Positions 12,229 to 24,700 of a DNA stretch of 64,000 bases are shown in pieces (within the stretch, counting starts at the first letter, position 1; every line of letters starts with the position of its first letter). The position numbers were made by a program, and so were the translations under genes. The notes below the pieces were generated by a model that did not search any database, was not told the origin of the DNA, and was given only the letters and a program-made list of their open reading frames with translations. Source of the stretch: Macrostomum lignano (Eukaryota); the NCBI GenBank assembly GCA_002269645.1, contig NIVC01000567.1, positions 1 through 64,000 of the forward strand. The letters run 5' to 3'.

Positions 12229-15200
12229 CCTGTCTAAATAAACATGTTAGTAAATATTTCAGAATGATAAAGAAACTAATTAGCTAAACACAGAAAACAT
12301 GCTACTCTTTACCAAGTTAACTCAACTCTTTTCTGGTGGCAAATTTAGTTAAACTACGAACACTAGCACTGCTACTGGATTGTGGATTAATATGCTGCAG
12401 CATAATATACTGGCATATAGGCGGTGTGTGCCATGTAGTTTTTGTGCTTTCAACATTTTTTCTTGGATTTAGTGCATATTTTCTAGAGTTTTTTCAGGCA
12501 TATTCCATGTTTTTGTACATGCTTCTAGGAATTCTATATCAGCAAAAAAACATCCCTTGGTAAAAATTCACCATAAACTAAGTGTCTAGCACTTTCAAGC
12601 ATTGCTTGATATAAGGAGCATTGGCATGTATATATTGTCTAGCAAAAATGCTAAATTTATAATAAATTGAGCAGAATTTATAAAAAGTGTCCACAAACTT
12701 CTACCATTAAGCAGAGTACTACAGATATTTGTACTATGCTAAACATATGAAGAAATAAAAAGAATACTTACTTCAAAACTAAAGTCTTAAGTCAAAATTA
12801 TGCAAACAAAAGGAAAATTCAAGTTAAATTTGACTGATAACTACAAAATAAAATGTGAAAGGATGAGTACTTTTAAAAGATATATGTAAATATGACTATA
12901 ATTTATAAAAATATGGAGCAAAAAGCAAAGCAGAGAAAAAAAACGTAAATATTTGGCAGAATACAATTAATTAGCTATAAAATAATATTAAAGTACTATA
13001 CTTCAGTTATATTTCAAATAAAATTTGAAGCTTACACTTACAGTGTAAAACTGATAACAATTGAATATATTACAATTAAAACTTGTACTTGTAGAATATA
13101 ATATATTGTACAATAATTATATATAATGTAGTAGGATACGAATAAATAGCGTAACAAAACCGAATATTATAGCTACAGATTGAAGCTTGAAAATATTTCA
13201 GATTTAGATAGCGTTTGCTTAGATAAGTTGCTTTGAAAATTTGGGGTCAAATTTGTCCTACAGCAATAAACTACTGTTAACATAACCGATTTAAATTTAA
13301 ATTTTTGTAGAAATTATAAGGAACAGAACGACTGAAATGTACAGTTTAATTATTTCAAAATTAAATAATTTCGAATTCTATTTTACCTTATTGCTTTCTT
13401 CAATTAAATTTTGTTATACAATTTATAAAATGCCTATTTTCAAAATATACCTCAAAAAGTAAGTTCAACAGCTTTAAAAATGCGCACGTTTTTACACTTC
13501 ACGGCTCCAAAAAGTCACCATAGAAGATTTTTGCAGGACGCAAGACTTTTTACGTTACAAAATAGCACTTTTATGTGCATTTTTTATTCAGTTTCAAAAG
13601 GCTTTTTAGTTACCTATTTGGTATTTTTTGTTTTAAAGATTTTTGCGAAATCAGGTCATTTTAACTTGTTACGAAACTGTGGACCCACACTTTTACGCAA
13701 CGCAATGCGCATGATGTCATCTTAAAGCACTTGCTAAATGCTATTTATTGACACTACACTGAAGGCCTGGCGTAGGATAGTTAATAAATGGCAGCGTGAA
13801 ATATAGCAAAAAAACGCATAGTACCGGAACCTCGTAATTCGGTAAAATGTTAATAGCGTCAAAATACGAATTTTCGCACACTAACGAAGATGGCAGTCAT
13901 CTGTACGTGTTTACTGGGCACAATAGTGCTCTTGGAAGCTAAGAACCTCATAGCGAAAATTAATATATTTTCCGCCCTATGTAGTGCTCAAATGGGTTGT
14001 TTTTGCACAAAATCACGTTTTTCGATTTTGAGAGTCAATTAAAAATTTTTTTTGCAACTGACAGACGTGAATGTCACTTTTTCTGAGAGTATTCATCTAG
14101 ATGTTTCTAATAAGTACTAATATGGGTCATTCTTATGCTTCACCTATCCTTAGTATAGGTACAAAGTCATTATTTCATTTCCAGCAAGTCACGTGACCTG
14201 GCCTGAGGTGTACAACGCATCGTGCAATGCCAGCGAACATACACTCAAATTAAAGCACTTTTTAAATGCTAACTATTGACACCACACTGAAGGCCTGGCG
14301 TAGCATCGTTAATAAATGGCAGCGTGAAATATAGCAAAAAAACGCATAACACCGGAACCTCGTAATTCGGTAAATGTTATTAGCGTAAAAATACGAATTT
14401 TCGCACACTAACGAAGATAGCAGTCATCTGTACGTGTTTACTGGGCACAATAGTGCTCTTGGAAGCTAAGAACCTCATAGCGAAAATCAATAAATTTTTC
14501 ACCCTATGTGTGCTCATATAGGTTGTTTTTGCACAAAATCACGTTTTTCGATTTTAAAAGTCAATTATAACAAAATTTTGCAACTGACAGACGTGAATAT
14601 CATTTTTTCTGACAGTAGTCATCTAGGTGTTTCTAATAAGTACAAATTTTGGTTCATTCTTACGCTTCACCTATCCTTAGTATAGGTACAAAGTCATTAT
14701 TTCATTTCCAGCAAGTCACGTGACCTGACCTGAGGTGTACAACGCATCGTGCAATGACAGCGAACATACATTCAAATTAAAGTACATCTAAAATGTAGTT
14801 CAATGACACCAAGCGCGTCGCGCTCCGGTAATCCGCTCAAAAGTTACAGGCTAAAAAGTATGTTCGATATGCAAGCCCCCCGTACCGTCGTTAAAGTACA
14901 TTTCTGTACCGGCAGCGACTTCAATAAACTAAGACGAAATTTCAAAATATACATATTGTGCGCAATTTAGTTGTGCACCTTGCCTAAAAAGTCTGATTTT
15001 CCTAGCATGTCGTCGTTTCTTATTTTTTGTACATTTGTATCATGAAAAATACATAAAAATAGCCTAAATCACGTTTATCGACTTTAGCAGTGTATGGCTC
15101 AGAGTCAGTGCAACGAAACGGCTCAAAATGTATTATAAACATGTAGATCTTACCTAAATGACCGCATTCATGTACTTTTTAGAGTCTCGCAACAAGGTTG

Positions 15201-15749
15201 AATTTCCTTTATTTCGGTTCGAATACCTACCCGTCGAATATTCGAATGTAATTAACAGGTGCGAATGTACAGTTAAAGTGAGTATCTTGGTTAAAGTCGT
15301 GCGTCATGTAAGAGTCCCAGGTGCCATTGTTAGAATGACGCAGCTCAAAGGTCGCGCTGACGCGCGACCTTTGAGCTGCGTCAGTTGAAAGTTGATAAAA
15401 ATGCGCATTTTTTGACACTTAAAAAACACACTTTTACAGAATTACCTATCAAGGTAAGCATTTAGCGGAAAATAACCAATCAGTGTCTTGAAGGTCTGAA
15501 AATTCGCCAAAAGTTGGGTTCAATCAATTTTTGACTCCATATTGTGAATCCTTATTTTTTGAGATTCAAGATTTGGACGGGTCTAAAAAAAGTCACTTTT
15601 TTGTTGCCATGGCAACCAAGACGCGTTGCTATGGAACTTTCACGTCACACATCTTGTAGCCCTAAATGTTTTACGTCCATAGAGGGGTCACACATGGTTT
15701 CATCTCAAGTGGTTTTAACTCTGCATCAATTTTATTTTCTAAAACGTTG

Positions 15750-15958
15750 ATTTTACGTTGGGGGAGTCTCCGGGACATCTTATCTCGGTCTCGTTTGTCC
15801 GGAAAAATTGCCAACGAGGAGCGAAGCGAGCGAAGCGAGTAAAACGTTGGGGGAGTCTCCGGGACATCTTATCTCGGTCTCGTTTGTCCGAAAAAATTGC
15901 CAACGAGGAGCTACGCTCGCTTCGCTCGCTTCGCTCCTCGTTGGCAATTTTTCCGGAC
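15750..15958. repeat. Terminal repeat/hairpin cluster at the presumed 5' end of the element
   Basis: Two direct copies of a ~70-90-bp unit (from ~15756 and ~15845). A 43-bp perfect inverted repeat pairs 15797-15839 with 15916-15958. A 26-bp stem with one mismatch pairs 15886-15911 with 15933-15958. A single truncated unit lies at ~9367-9446. Confidence 0.85.
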
Positions 15959-16085
15959 TGCACTTCGACCTAACTAGATTACTCACCTGGTAGGCGGTGC
16001 AAAAGAATATAATTATAGGTCAGAAAATGAATAAGAAAGGAGATGTGCATATTATGAGAATAGCTTTCGTAACATTAACAACAAA

Positions 16086-16460
16086 CCCTAGAGGACATTG
16101 ACGTGTTGATTCTTAACAGATCTTATCTATCTTCTTGGGTTGCTGCGCAAGCAATTGCAAGAACGTGCAAGATCTTCGCTATGATATTACTGGATCTGGG
16201 CGACTGGCTACATCGTACAAGATCTTATAACTTTTATATCTTTTTCTAGCTTCAAATCGCTTATAATATTAAATTTATTGTCCTAGTTTACCATAAAATA
16301 AAAAATAATAAAGCTAGAACACTTTGGCCAAATGAATGACAAAACAAATGTGCCTCCCTTCTTACAAGATCCTGCAAGAACCGAGTAGATTAAGAAGATC
16401 TGCTAAGAATGGCACAGAGACAAGATCTGCTAAGTTTGAGAAACAGAATGTCCTCTAGGG
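16086..16460. mobile_element. Degenerate MITE-like element (~375 bp) with 14-bp terminal inverted repeats
   Basis: CCCTAGAGGACATT (16086-16099) and AATGTCCTCTAGGG (16447-16460). Weaker internal inverted similarity around AGATCT motifs; no coding capacity. Confidence 0.5.
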
Positions 16461-16541
16461 AAACAACAGCGCTGAGACTAAGCGAATGTAATAGTTACCA
16501 CAAGCACGACTCAGAACTTCATCATCAACTGATTAATTGCT

Positions 16542-18941
16542 TCAGCTTGACGGATTGAGTTCGACGAGCTCAAACGAGACTGCCGCGATAGCTGGCCGAG
16601 CTTTGTCCGGCAGATCCCGGCCGTTCCTGACTTCTTCGGTAAGAGATACCGGATCCTCACGTCGAACACTCATCATCTGGTGCCTGCGGCCCATCCGCCT
16701 GCGCAGCAGCAGCAGACGGGCAAGGACAAAAGCGATGGCGATGGCGTCAGACAGATTCTTCAGCGGCACAACCTTCTTGTGCAAGGTTTGGTAACTTGCC
16801 AAATCTTGCAGCTGTCCGTGCACTGCGATTGCCTTGTAGATGCCAATCACTTCTAGAGGCAGGTAGCAAACAAACGCCATCACGACGAACAGCAACTCGA
16901 CGGTTGAATTCACCTGATTTACAAATCTGGCGCCTTTGTTGCTGTCAATTCCGTTGTCTCCAGAAGTAGCGGCTTGAGCGGAGCCAGAACGGCGCTGGGC
17001 GGACGTCGACGTAGACCGACTGAGTGCAGCGGCTTTGTTTCCCAGATCTGGCGGGCCTTTGGTGAGCCGAAAAAAGAGCACGATTATTCCGCAGGAGTTT
17101 ATGATAAGGATTGGTAGATAGACGTCTAGCAGAACTTCGGATATTTCTACAAAACTGTAGAATGTTTCAAAGCCGAAGTCCACGAGGCAGGCCTCCTGGT
17201 ACGCGGGTTGCCTGTGTAAGAGACGAAGTTGTTGTTTAAAGAAAAACATCATCGGATTTATAAACACTCTCCTCCCTCATTAACTCATACTTTAATCCTT
17301 TTCTCCAGGAGTTCACTCGAAATTCGGACAGTTACCATACCATCTCAGTTCCCCAGAATAGTCTTCCATGCATACCAGACTGAACCCGTACGAACAGGCA
17401 CATACAGGAGTGTACAGTAGCCCTAACGTTATATATCGTAGACATGTACACTTCACTGTGCCTTTGGGATTGGCCATCAATGCCGTTAATTGCACGAGCA
17501 GGTCTAAGCTGAGATTCCAATTTAGCCACAGATTAATGTGACTGCACTTGGAATCGAGTCTGGGTCCGCTGGCACATCAGAGAGCCACTACGACCACTGC
17601 AGGGCTATACGCCCCCTTCCTAGACTGGACCCATTCTCCAGAGTTACTTTTCTTGGAATTTCGCCTAATTGCTAATACTACTTGTAAGTTCAGCAAGAAG
17701 AACTTTCAGAAAGTTAAAGAGCGGAAAATTCTGCTTTGACAAAGCGAGCTAGGCTCTGGTTTTCTGATAAGCATCACCTCCCGTGCTTTCTTCATGAGGT
17801 TGGGGCTTACATCTAGGCGGAGATTAACATTATCAAATATCCGGTTTCAGTTGATTCAATCGGAATCTCTGATTAATTAAAGTATTTGTTGAGAAGCTGA
17901 AAAACAGGAATTAATTTTGCAATTTCGCATCCTGTGGAAACTTACCGCCGTGATGGTGGGAAACCTTCAATTAAATTAATGATTGAAAGTGATATTTGCT
18001 ATGAAATCCAGTGGAAAATTTGGGAAGTGGAACCGGTTTTTTGTTTTAACGGAATCAGTTTAGCATTATAAATATATGAGTCACGTTTCCCCATTTTCTG
18101 CGCTAAAAATCTCGGCTGTATTTATTATTCACTTTTTAATTTAAACAATATGAATTTATTAGTGCTTCTCGGTCGCTTTTCACTGTTTCCTAAATCCCGT
18201 TGATGTCTTGTTACCTTCTTCTCTTGTTACAAAATTCAATTTAACTGTTCCTAAAAAGCATTCATGTTTATATATCTAATTCTAATTTCAACCTTTGTAT
18301 CCTCCTTGATATTTTACAGCTAATAGCATTGTCTTTACAACTAAAGTTTGGCAGGCTTACATCAGCGGGTCACTGTCTCCACCAGAGGAATCGTTCACGA
18401 AACTGGTGGCATTCGCAGTCGAATTCAGTTGTCCCTGCAGCGGTGGCAAGAGGTTCAGCAGGGGCGCGAACACGTAGATGTAGTTGATGTGCAGCGAGAA
18501 TGCCAGGACGCTTGCAATGGCGAGACCGATGCGCAGTCTGAGCTTACTGAAGTGAACCAGACCCACTGCCGGGTTCAGCCTCATTGTGGCTCGTTCCAGT
18601 GCCAGTAGTACCAACAGCCAGTTCTGGAGCATCATGAGCAGGCTCTCGAAGGCATGATAGAGCTTACATGTCCAGGTACTCAGCAAGCGACTATGCACCA
18701 GAGGTACCAAGTACTCCAAGCCGAGAAACGTCGCTCGATGGACTACAAAGCTGGCATCCACTATACTGACGCAGCGCAGGATGAGCAGACAGCTTAGTCG
18801 GCATCGACGAAAGTACTTGACTCGAGAAATGACTAGCAGACAGGCGATCAGAAGGGTCAGAGTCAGCAGGACATGGCTGTACCACACTGGCGAGGACCAG
18901 CGATCTCTGAAAAGTTCTTGCAAAGTGTGCTCTTGTTGCAT
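16542..18941 (-). CDS. Class A (rhodopsin-like) GPCR, divergent peptide-receptor-like, 2 coding exons
   Basis: Exon 1 is 18941-18361 (donor GTAAGC) and exon 2 is 17211-16542 (acceptor TTACACAG); the phase-2 join restores ATG. Seven hydrophobic segments, TM3 CKLYHAF...WLLVLLALER, ECL2 Cys (EACL), TM6 FVCYLP. Confidence 0.8.
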
Positions 18942-19287
18942 GTCGTTGTCTCTTAGGAGGGCTTGTCTCTAAGCAATTTTTCACAGTTGAAAATAATAAT
19001 TCAAGAGATATTCGGTGATTTTGCGCGAATAAATTCAACACTGTGGCTGGCTTATAAGACAGAAAAATCCCAGGGGAAAGGGAAGGTGACCCATAAGAAG
19101 AGCAGCAGAAAAGAAGATGCAGGAAAGCGTGCGTGTCCAATTGGCTGTGCGTCTAGGCGGCGAATGAAATCGCTTCAAAGGACTTTGGCCGTCAGGCCAG
19201 TCTGTCTGGCCATGCTTTTAGGGTGTGCAAGTATGGATGGAGAGTCTGCTTTAGTCTCAGTTGACTCGTAGGCTTTGCATCAATTAT

Positions 19288-19500
19288 GGGTGCAGAGCAG
19301 GTCAGCGATATGCGCGTCTGACTCTCGCGTCACGATCCCTGGTTCGATTCCGTGCTTGGTCACATTCATTTTGAGGCCAGGGGGTTGACGTCCGATTCAC
19401 GCCCATGATGGAGGGCCAACCAACAAAGCCCAGAGAGTGTACATGCCTGGCGATTAGAAAGTCAGTGACGCTGTACATTCTGTGAGCGCGTGTGTGAGTG
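19288..19500 (+). mobile_element. Putative tRNA-derived SINE (family 2); related fragments at ~21163-21300 and ~22790-22850
   Basis: Head GCAGAGCAG...GCGTCTGACT is shared with 21163; B box GGTTCGATTCC at 19341-19351; body motif GGCCAACC...GAGAGTGTACAT...GATTAGAAAGTCA is shared with ~22800. Confidence 0.55.
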
Positions 19501-20437
19501 AATGTGTGCGAACAGAATTGGCGCACTTGTAGAATTGCATCAGCGCTGGTTGTGGGACAATGCCACCGAAGGCGTTGCGTCAGGGTGCCCGCAGCTCTCG
19601 AAAATATTTATGTATTGGTGGCCGCCTCCCTTTGTCACTGGCGATGATGGTAACCAATTTTACTTTGCCCTAGAAAGGGTCCTCACCGCCCTCAGTTTGC
19701 TCAGTATGGCGCCCCTCTAGGTCACCCTCCTGTATTATGGTGCACCCACCCATGGTTAAAATCCGCCCCTCCTTTTTACAATTTTAAATCCGCCTCTGCC
19801 CAAGGTCATAAAGATTTACTTATACGTTTTTAACATGTTTGATTTTCCTGAGAGAGCTGATAGTTTCATGAACTGCTTTGGTGCTTGAAGTGCAAATCCC
19901 CATTTGTGAGCCATTGGGATTTTAAAATGTTGGTTCAACTTTATACAATCCCATGTAGGTGTTTAAAGCAGTATGGTAGACATCCGTATACCACCCAACT
20001 GCGTTAAGAAGTGCAGAGTAACTTTAATGTGTCATTTTAATTGTAAACTTGAACACTTAAATATTGATCACAAGGACCACTGTAGTAGTAGTCTACTACA
20101 GAGGTCCTTGATTGTTAGGGTTTTTGTTAAGTCTCTGAGTGAGCAGTTGGTTTTAATTAGGAAAGTAAAGGCAGGACCTATGTGTCTCAAAGATAAAATA
20201 CATTGAATCCTAGAGTTTCAAATATCTTCAAAGAGAAAAGCAGAGACGAGGAGCGAACCTGCGAGAAGATCGGAATCGAAAATCAATGATTGCTCACTTT
20301 ATCAAAGGGGAAGAGGATGTATCGGATTATTCGGACTTTGGAATTTAATTACCAGGGGATTGAATTAAATGCACTCTTTTTCACTTTATACTCGAGGCAG
20401 TATGATTATACTCGTAAAAAGGGTGCTAGCTGGGATA

Positions 20438-21159
20438 GTGATCGTTTAGGCACTACTTTCTACAGCAGCATCTAAATTGCCTAAAGGAGCAGGTAGTTTA
20501 AATAAAAACTATCAATGATCTAGTTGAGTGTTGATTTTTTTTCTCTAGCACTTTTATTAGCTGAGTTATGGCCCATCACGTGGTGATATCCATGAACATA
20601 AATTGCGATTTTCACCAGCTGCTGAAAGATAAAAGTTTAAAGCCACTAGGATTGGAGGGTCAGGGGTCAAACGGGGACACAACCGTTCTTGAAACATCTC
20701 AAGCAAAAGAATCAGATGTCACCACAATCATCGCAATCCTCCTCCTTCATTCCCTCAATGTATTCGTCCTTGACGCCGATCACCTTTGCCCACTTCTTCG
20801 GGAGCTCGTTGATAGCCTGCCAATACACGGAGCGGAATTCCTGCGAGCGAAGCACGCGCATCGCCTCGACCTCCACTTGCGCGCGGTCGCTGCCAAGCAC
20901 TCGACCCCGCATGAGCTGCTTGAATGCGCCAAATACTCTGTAGTCGCAGGGTGACATGTCTGGCGATCTGTCACCCGCAGCTAGTGAAATCGCAATTTAT
21001 GGCCATAGATATCACCACGTGAGGGGCCATAACTCAGCTAATAAAAGTGCTAGAGAAAAAAATCAACACTCATCTAGACCATTGATAGTTTTTATTTAAA
21101 CTACCTGCTCCTTTAGGCAATTTAGATGCTGTTGTAGAAAGTAGTGCCCAAACGATCAC
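20438..21159 (-). mobile_element. Internally deleted mariner-type (Tc1/mariner) element, 722 bp, ~153-bp TIRs, TA target duplication
   Basis: TIRs at 20438-20590 and 21008-21159 with few mismatches; TA at 20436-20437 and 21160-21161; interior encodes a transposase C-terminus. Confidence 0.9.
20712..20975 (-). pseudogene. Mariner transposase C-terminal remnant
   Basis: RSPDMSPCDYRVFGAFKQLMRGR...YWQAINELPKKWAKVIGVKDEYIE matches the mariner YSPDLAPxDY...LF...L...W..C....G.Y.E tail. The DNA-binding domain and first two catalytic Asp are absent. Confidence 0.85.
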
Positions 21160-21764
21160 TATGGCAGAGCAGCTCAGGGGCTAAAGCGTCTGACTAACGC
21201 GCCAGATTATTGTGGGGCTTGTGTACAAAAGTTGGCCTACCTAGTGCTAATGCAATTGTACGTACAGAGTGCGTATATGGCTGACGATGTCAAAGTCAAA
21301 TGATTTACAGCAGCACATTTTGTAAGCTAATCTCTAAAACCTCACTATCAAACTGTTCCACCACCTTTGATAACCATTCTCGTTTTTTATTTGGATCACA
21401 TACTACACTTTTAGAATTCGCTCTACACGTAATTGTGCATACCCTGATATGGCGCCGCCATTCTGTACATGGACACATGTGGTAATGTAGCGCTAAGAGA
21501 GATAGAAATGAGAGGGCAAGAGGGGCGTTTTGAGGGCACTCCCTTGCTGTACATCCATCTGGCAACGTGTGTGTCTGTCCGTGCCAGACCCTATCCGACC
21601 CCTCCCCTCCACTGTTATCCAGGTACGCAGGTGAATTGAATATATTGCTTGCTGCATAAATAGTCTAGCTAGCAAGTAGCCGGCGTACTCCAATCTAAAG
21701 CAAACGCAACAGCAGCGCGGTTAAACGCAAAATAAAGTAAAACGACAAGAAATCAATCGAAAAA

Positions 21765-24700
21765 ATGTCTTGCGGTAAGAGTCCATTCATTTAGCTGTTC
21801 TTGACTTGACTTGACTTATGCTCTACCAGTCCTTTTAGCGAAGCGAAAGTACTTTTATACTGTTTAAGGTTGCCGCTTTTATTCTTTTGACATGTAAGCT
21901 CGACCCTGCTTGTAAAATTTTCCAAAGGCATTTTGAAATGAAAATGAAAAGCAATGCACCTGATGCTTTCATTTGTTGCTGATGATTAAACGTGAAAAAA
22001 TATCTAAATTTTTGAAAGACTAGGACAACTAGTTATCGATAAGCATAACTACTCATGCATCAAACTATACGAAAAATTGACGAACTCTCCCCCTCTCAGA
22101 AAAATTTGTCGAATTCGGCAAAAGCGTTCTGGCTAGCGACTTTCCCCACGTGGCCTCAACCGGCGTGATCATGCTCAACTCCGGCTCTTTTGGTCTGTCA
22201 CCGAAGTCCGTTATTGACAAGAAAATCGAGTAAGTAATTGCGTTTTCTGACAAATGATTGGGGACCAACAGATGTTGAAGCTGTGAAGTAATGAAATGCA
22301 TTACCGAGATAAGCTCGTAGGAAATTATTTTATTTCCGGACTTCTGAACTTTTAAAATGTGTTAATCACAAGTCCATTGACATTGCTCGTGAAAATACTT
22401 CTTAACAACTGAAGACCAGCAAAAAGCAAAGCTACAGCAAAACTATCAGATATAGCTTCTTTTGTGTGTCGCATCTCTTTTAACTTTTTTTATCATTATC
22501 GTTCATAGATTTTCTGTAGAGTAAAATCCCATTTTATGCAATAGATCTACGTGAGATGAAAAAATCTGCTATACAACCCGGAGTATTATTTATTCAGCGT
22601 CTTCAATAATACGCTTTTGGGAAAATTAAAACATATATCAACTTATGATTTTAAATGTCATTGGAGCCATTCAATTATCAAGTTGCTCATAAAGTAGCCC
22701 GATGGTTCCATAGTACCCCAGGTATCCCTGCATAGCAACATTATTTGGGGCTGGTGCAAGCCCAGTGTTGCCGTGTTGCGTGCGATTTACACCAATAAAG
22801 GCCAACCCTAAAGGCACGGAGAGTGTACATTCCTGTAGATTAGAAAGTCATGGCCGGTGTGCGTCGCCACCAGGCGAAGGGGATGGGGGACACGACCCGG
22901 TAAAAGCTATGCTTTGTCTCCTCGGCCCCACCTTGTGACCCGGTAATTCAATCATTTAGCTTCAGGGCACCACAATGAAGGCGCCAAAATGATATTCGAT
23001 GGCGACGACCCTGCCGCTGTACACCCTTTTTGAGTGTCTTGGTTTGCGGCAGCGCCAAATGCCCCCCCCCCCGATTGTGAACTAAGGACAAGTGGTCCCT
23101 GTATGAGATCTGTCTGTCGATCGTGCCATCATTTTTATCTACCAAAACAGATGCATCCAAGATTTCGAAAGCTACGGAGACAACTATGTCCGACAAAGTC
23201 TGCTTCGTCAAACTGAGGACAGCATAGAGGCGGTGGCGAAACTGCTGGATGTCCGTCCCGATCAGTGCGTCATAGTGGACAATGTGACTACCGGCATCTC
23301 CAACCTGCTGGACACAATCGTGCGCCCGGGTGACACCATTCTGGTCAACTCGTGGACGTACGGCTCGGTGAAAATGGCTGCCAGCCTATCTAGCGAAGTA
23401 ATGACAAACCGAAATAGCGATGAAACAGACGTCAAGCCGAGTTCAGTCCAGGTTGTTGAGCTAGACATTGAGCTGCCGATCAAATCCGAGGAAGACATTA
23501 TCGAACAAGTTAGGAAAACTTTGGAGCAGCGATCCGACATTCGAATTGCTATTTTAGGTTAGTTTTCTGGGCCTGATGTCTGTTGTGTCACAATATATTA
23601 TTAACCCTTCAATGTCTTCTTGCTCAATCTGCTTCGATTCACATGGCCTGGGGGCTGGGGCCTTAACGATCCGTTTTTAAAACAAGCTGAGCAAATTGGA
23701 AGTAAATTTCGGCAGAGCAGAAAATCGATTTCTTGGGATCAAAATACTTACTGACACATATGAAACAAGGACACAGGTATTTTTTACTCAACTATATGGC
23801 TGCTTCACCCCATAAGTAATTTTAATCTAGTAATAACATATGGTACATCCATCCCATGTACAAATTTCATCACGTGGCTGCTTTCCCACCATTAACTATC
23901 CACTCCTGCTCATCTTTGAATTAGCCTAAATGGCACTTGTCAAACATCTCAAACATCGGCAGATCACATCACCAGCTCCACAGCCTGCCTGATGCCGGTG
24001 CAGCAGCTAACGAAGCTGTGCCGCAGTCGCGGCGTTCTAGTCGTCATCGACGGCGCTCACGCAATTGGCCAAGTTCCCGAGCTCGATATCGAATCGATTG
24101 GAGCCGATTTCTACGTTGGCAATCTGCACAAGTGGTGCTTCGCACCGAAATCTGCTGCCCTGCTGTGGGCCAGACCGGATCGAATTGACAGCCTGCGACC
24201 GTCCGTGGTGTCCTGGCTGGTGCGTGATCATTTGGCGTCGATGCGCTTTGCTTTTTTGGGCACCCGCGACACCAGCAGCGTCTGCGCGGTTAGCGAGGCT
24301 GTCAGATTTGTGAAGCAGAGCTGCGGCGGACTGGTGAGAACACTGGCAGTGGGCTTGAGATGGATTATACAAGGTAACCTTGCGTGTTGTAACCAGAAAC
24401 TACCAAGCCTTAGAGGCAGGCACCTCGGACTGGGTACCTCCTTGGCGTTGAGATGTGTAGGCATGCACTTCCCCTGAAAAAGCTATAAATAGCATTATGT
24501 TCGAACTTGTTGTGTAACAACGCTAATACGAGAAAAAAGAATTTAGTCTAACGAAGAAGGTGCACAGAGAGATATAATTTTTGCCATAAAGTGAAACAAT
24601 CAATGGGGAACAAATATGGTTGAAACCTAGATCAATCGACCACCACCAAATAATAGATGATAAATTTTATAATTACATTTCTCATTATAAAATGTTAGAA

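Larger units (their letters stand above)
3063..15835. repeat. Near-identical tandem duplication, 6.39-kb unit (3063-9446 and 9456-15835) with a 9-nt junction filler
   Basis: ORF track pairs recur at offset 6389 (e.g. 4276/10665, 8769/15158). Differences I noticed: the 4-nt indel near 3258-3265 and G3770 vs T10159. Filler GCGACGGCA at 9447-9455. Confidence 0.97.
1..15978 (-). mobile_element. Helentron/Helitron2-type rolling-circle transposon (OTU-Rep; helicase expected beyond the left edge) with a duplicated 5' 6.39-kb segment
   Basis: Manual translation of the minus strand shows the Rep motifs FVTLSAAD, YWFRIEYQSRGSPHVHG and YLIKY, plus an OTU domain upstream. A terminal repeat/hairpin cluster lies at 15750-15958. 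The right boundary is uncertain; A|TC at 15979/15978 on the minus strand is one candidate. The left part runs off the window. Confidence 0.9.

Noticed and set aside
19540-19800. GC-rich segment ending AAATCCGCCTCTG, resembling a DNA-transposon end
   Set aside because: No matching opposite terminus or target duplication found.
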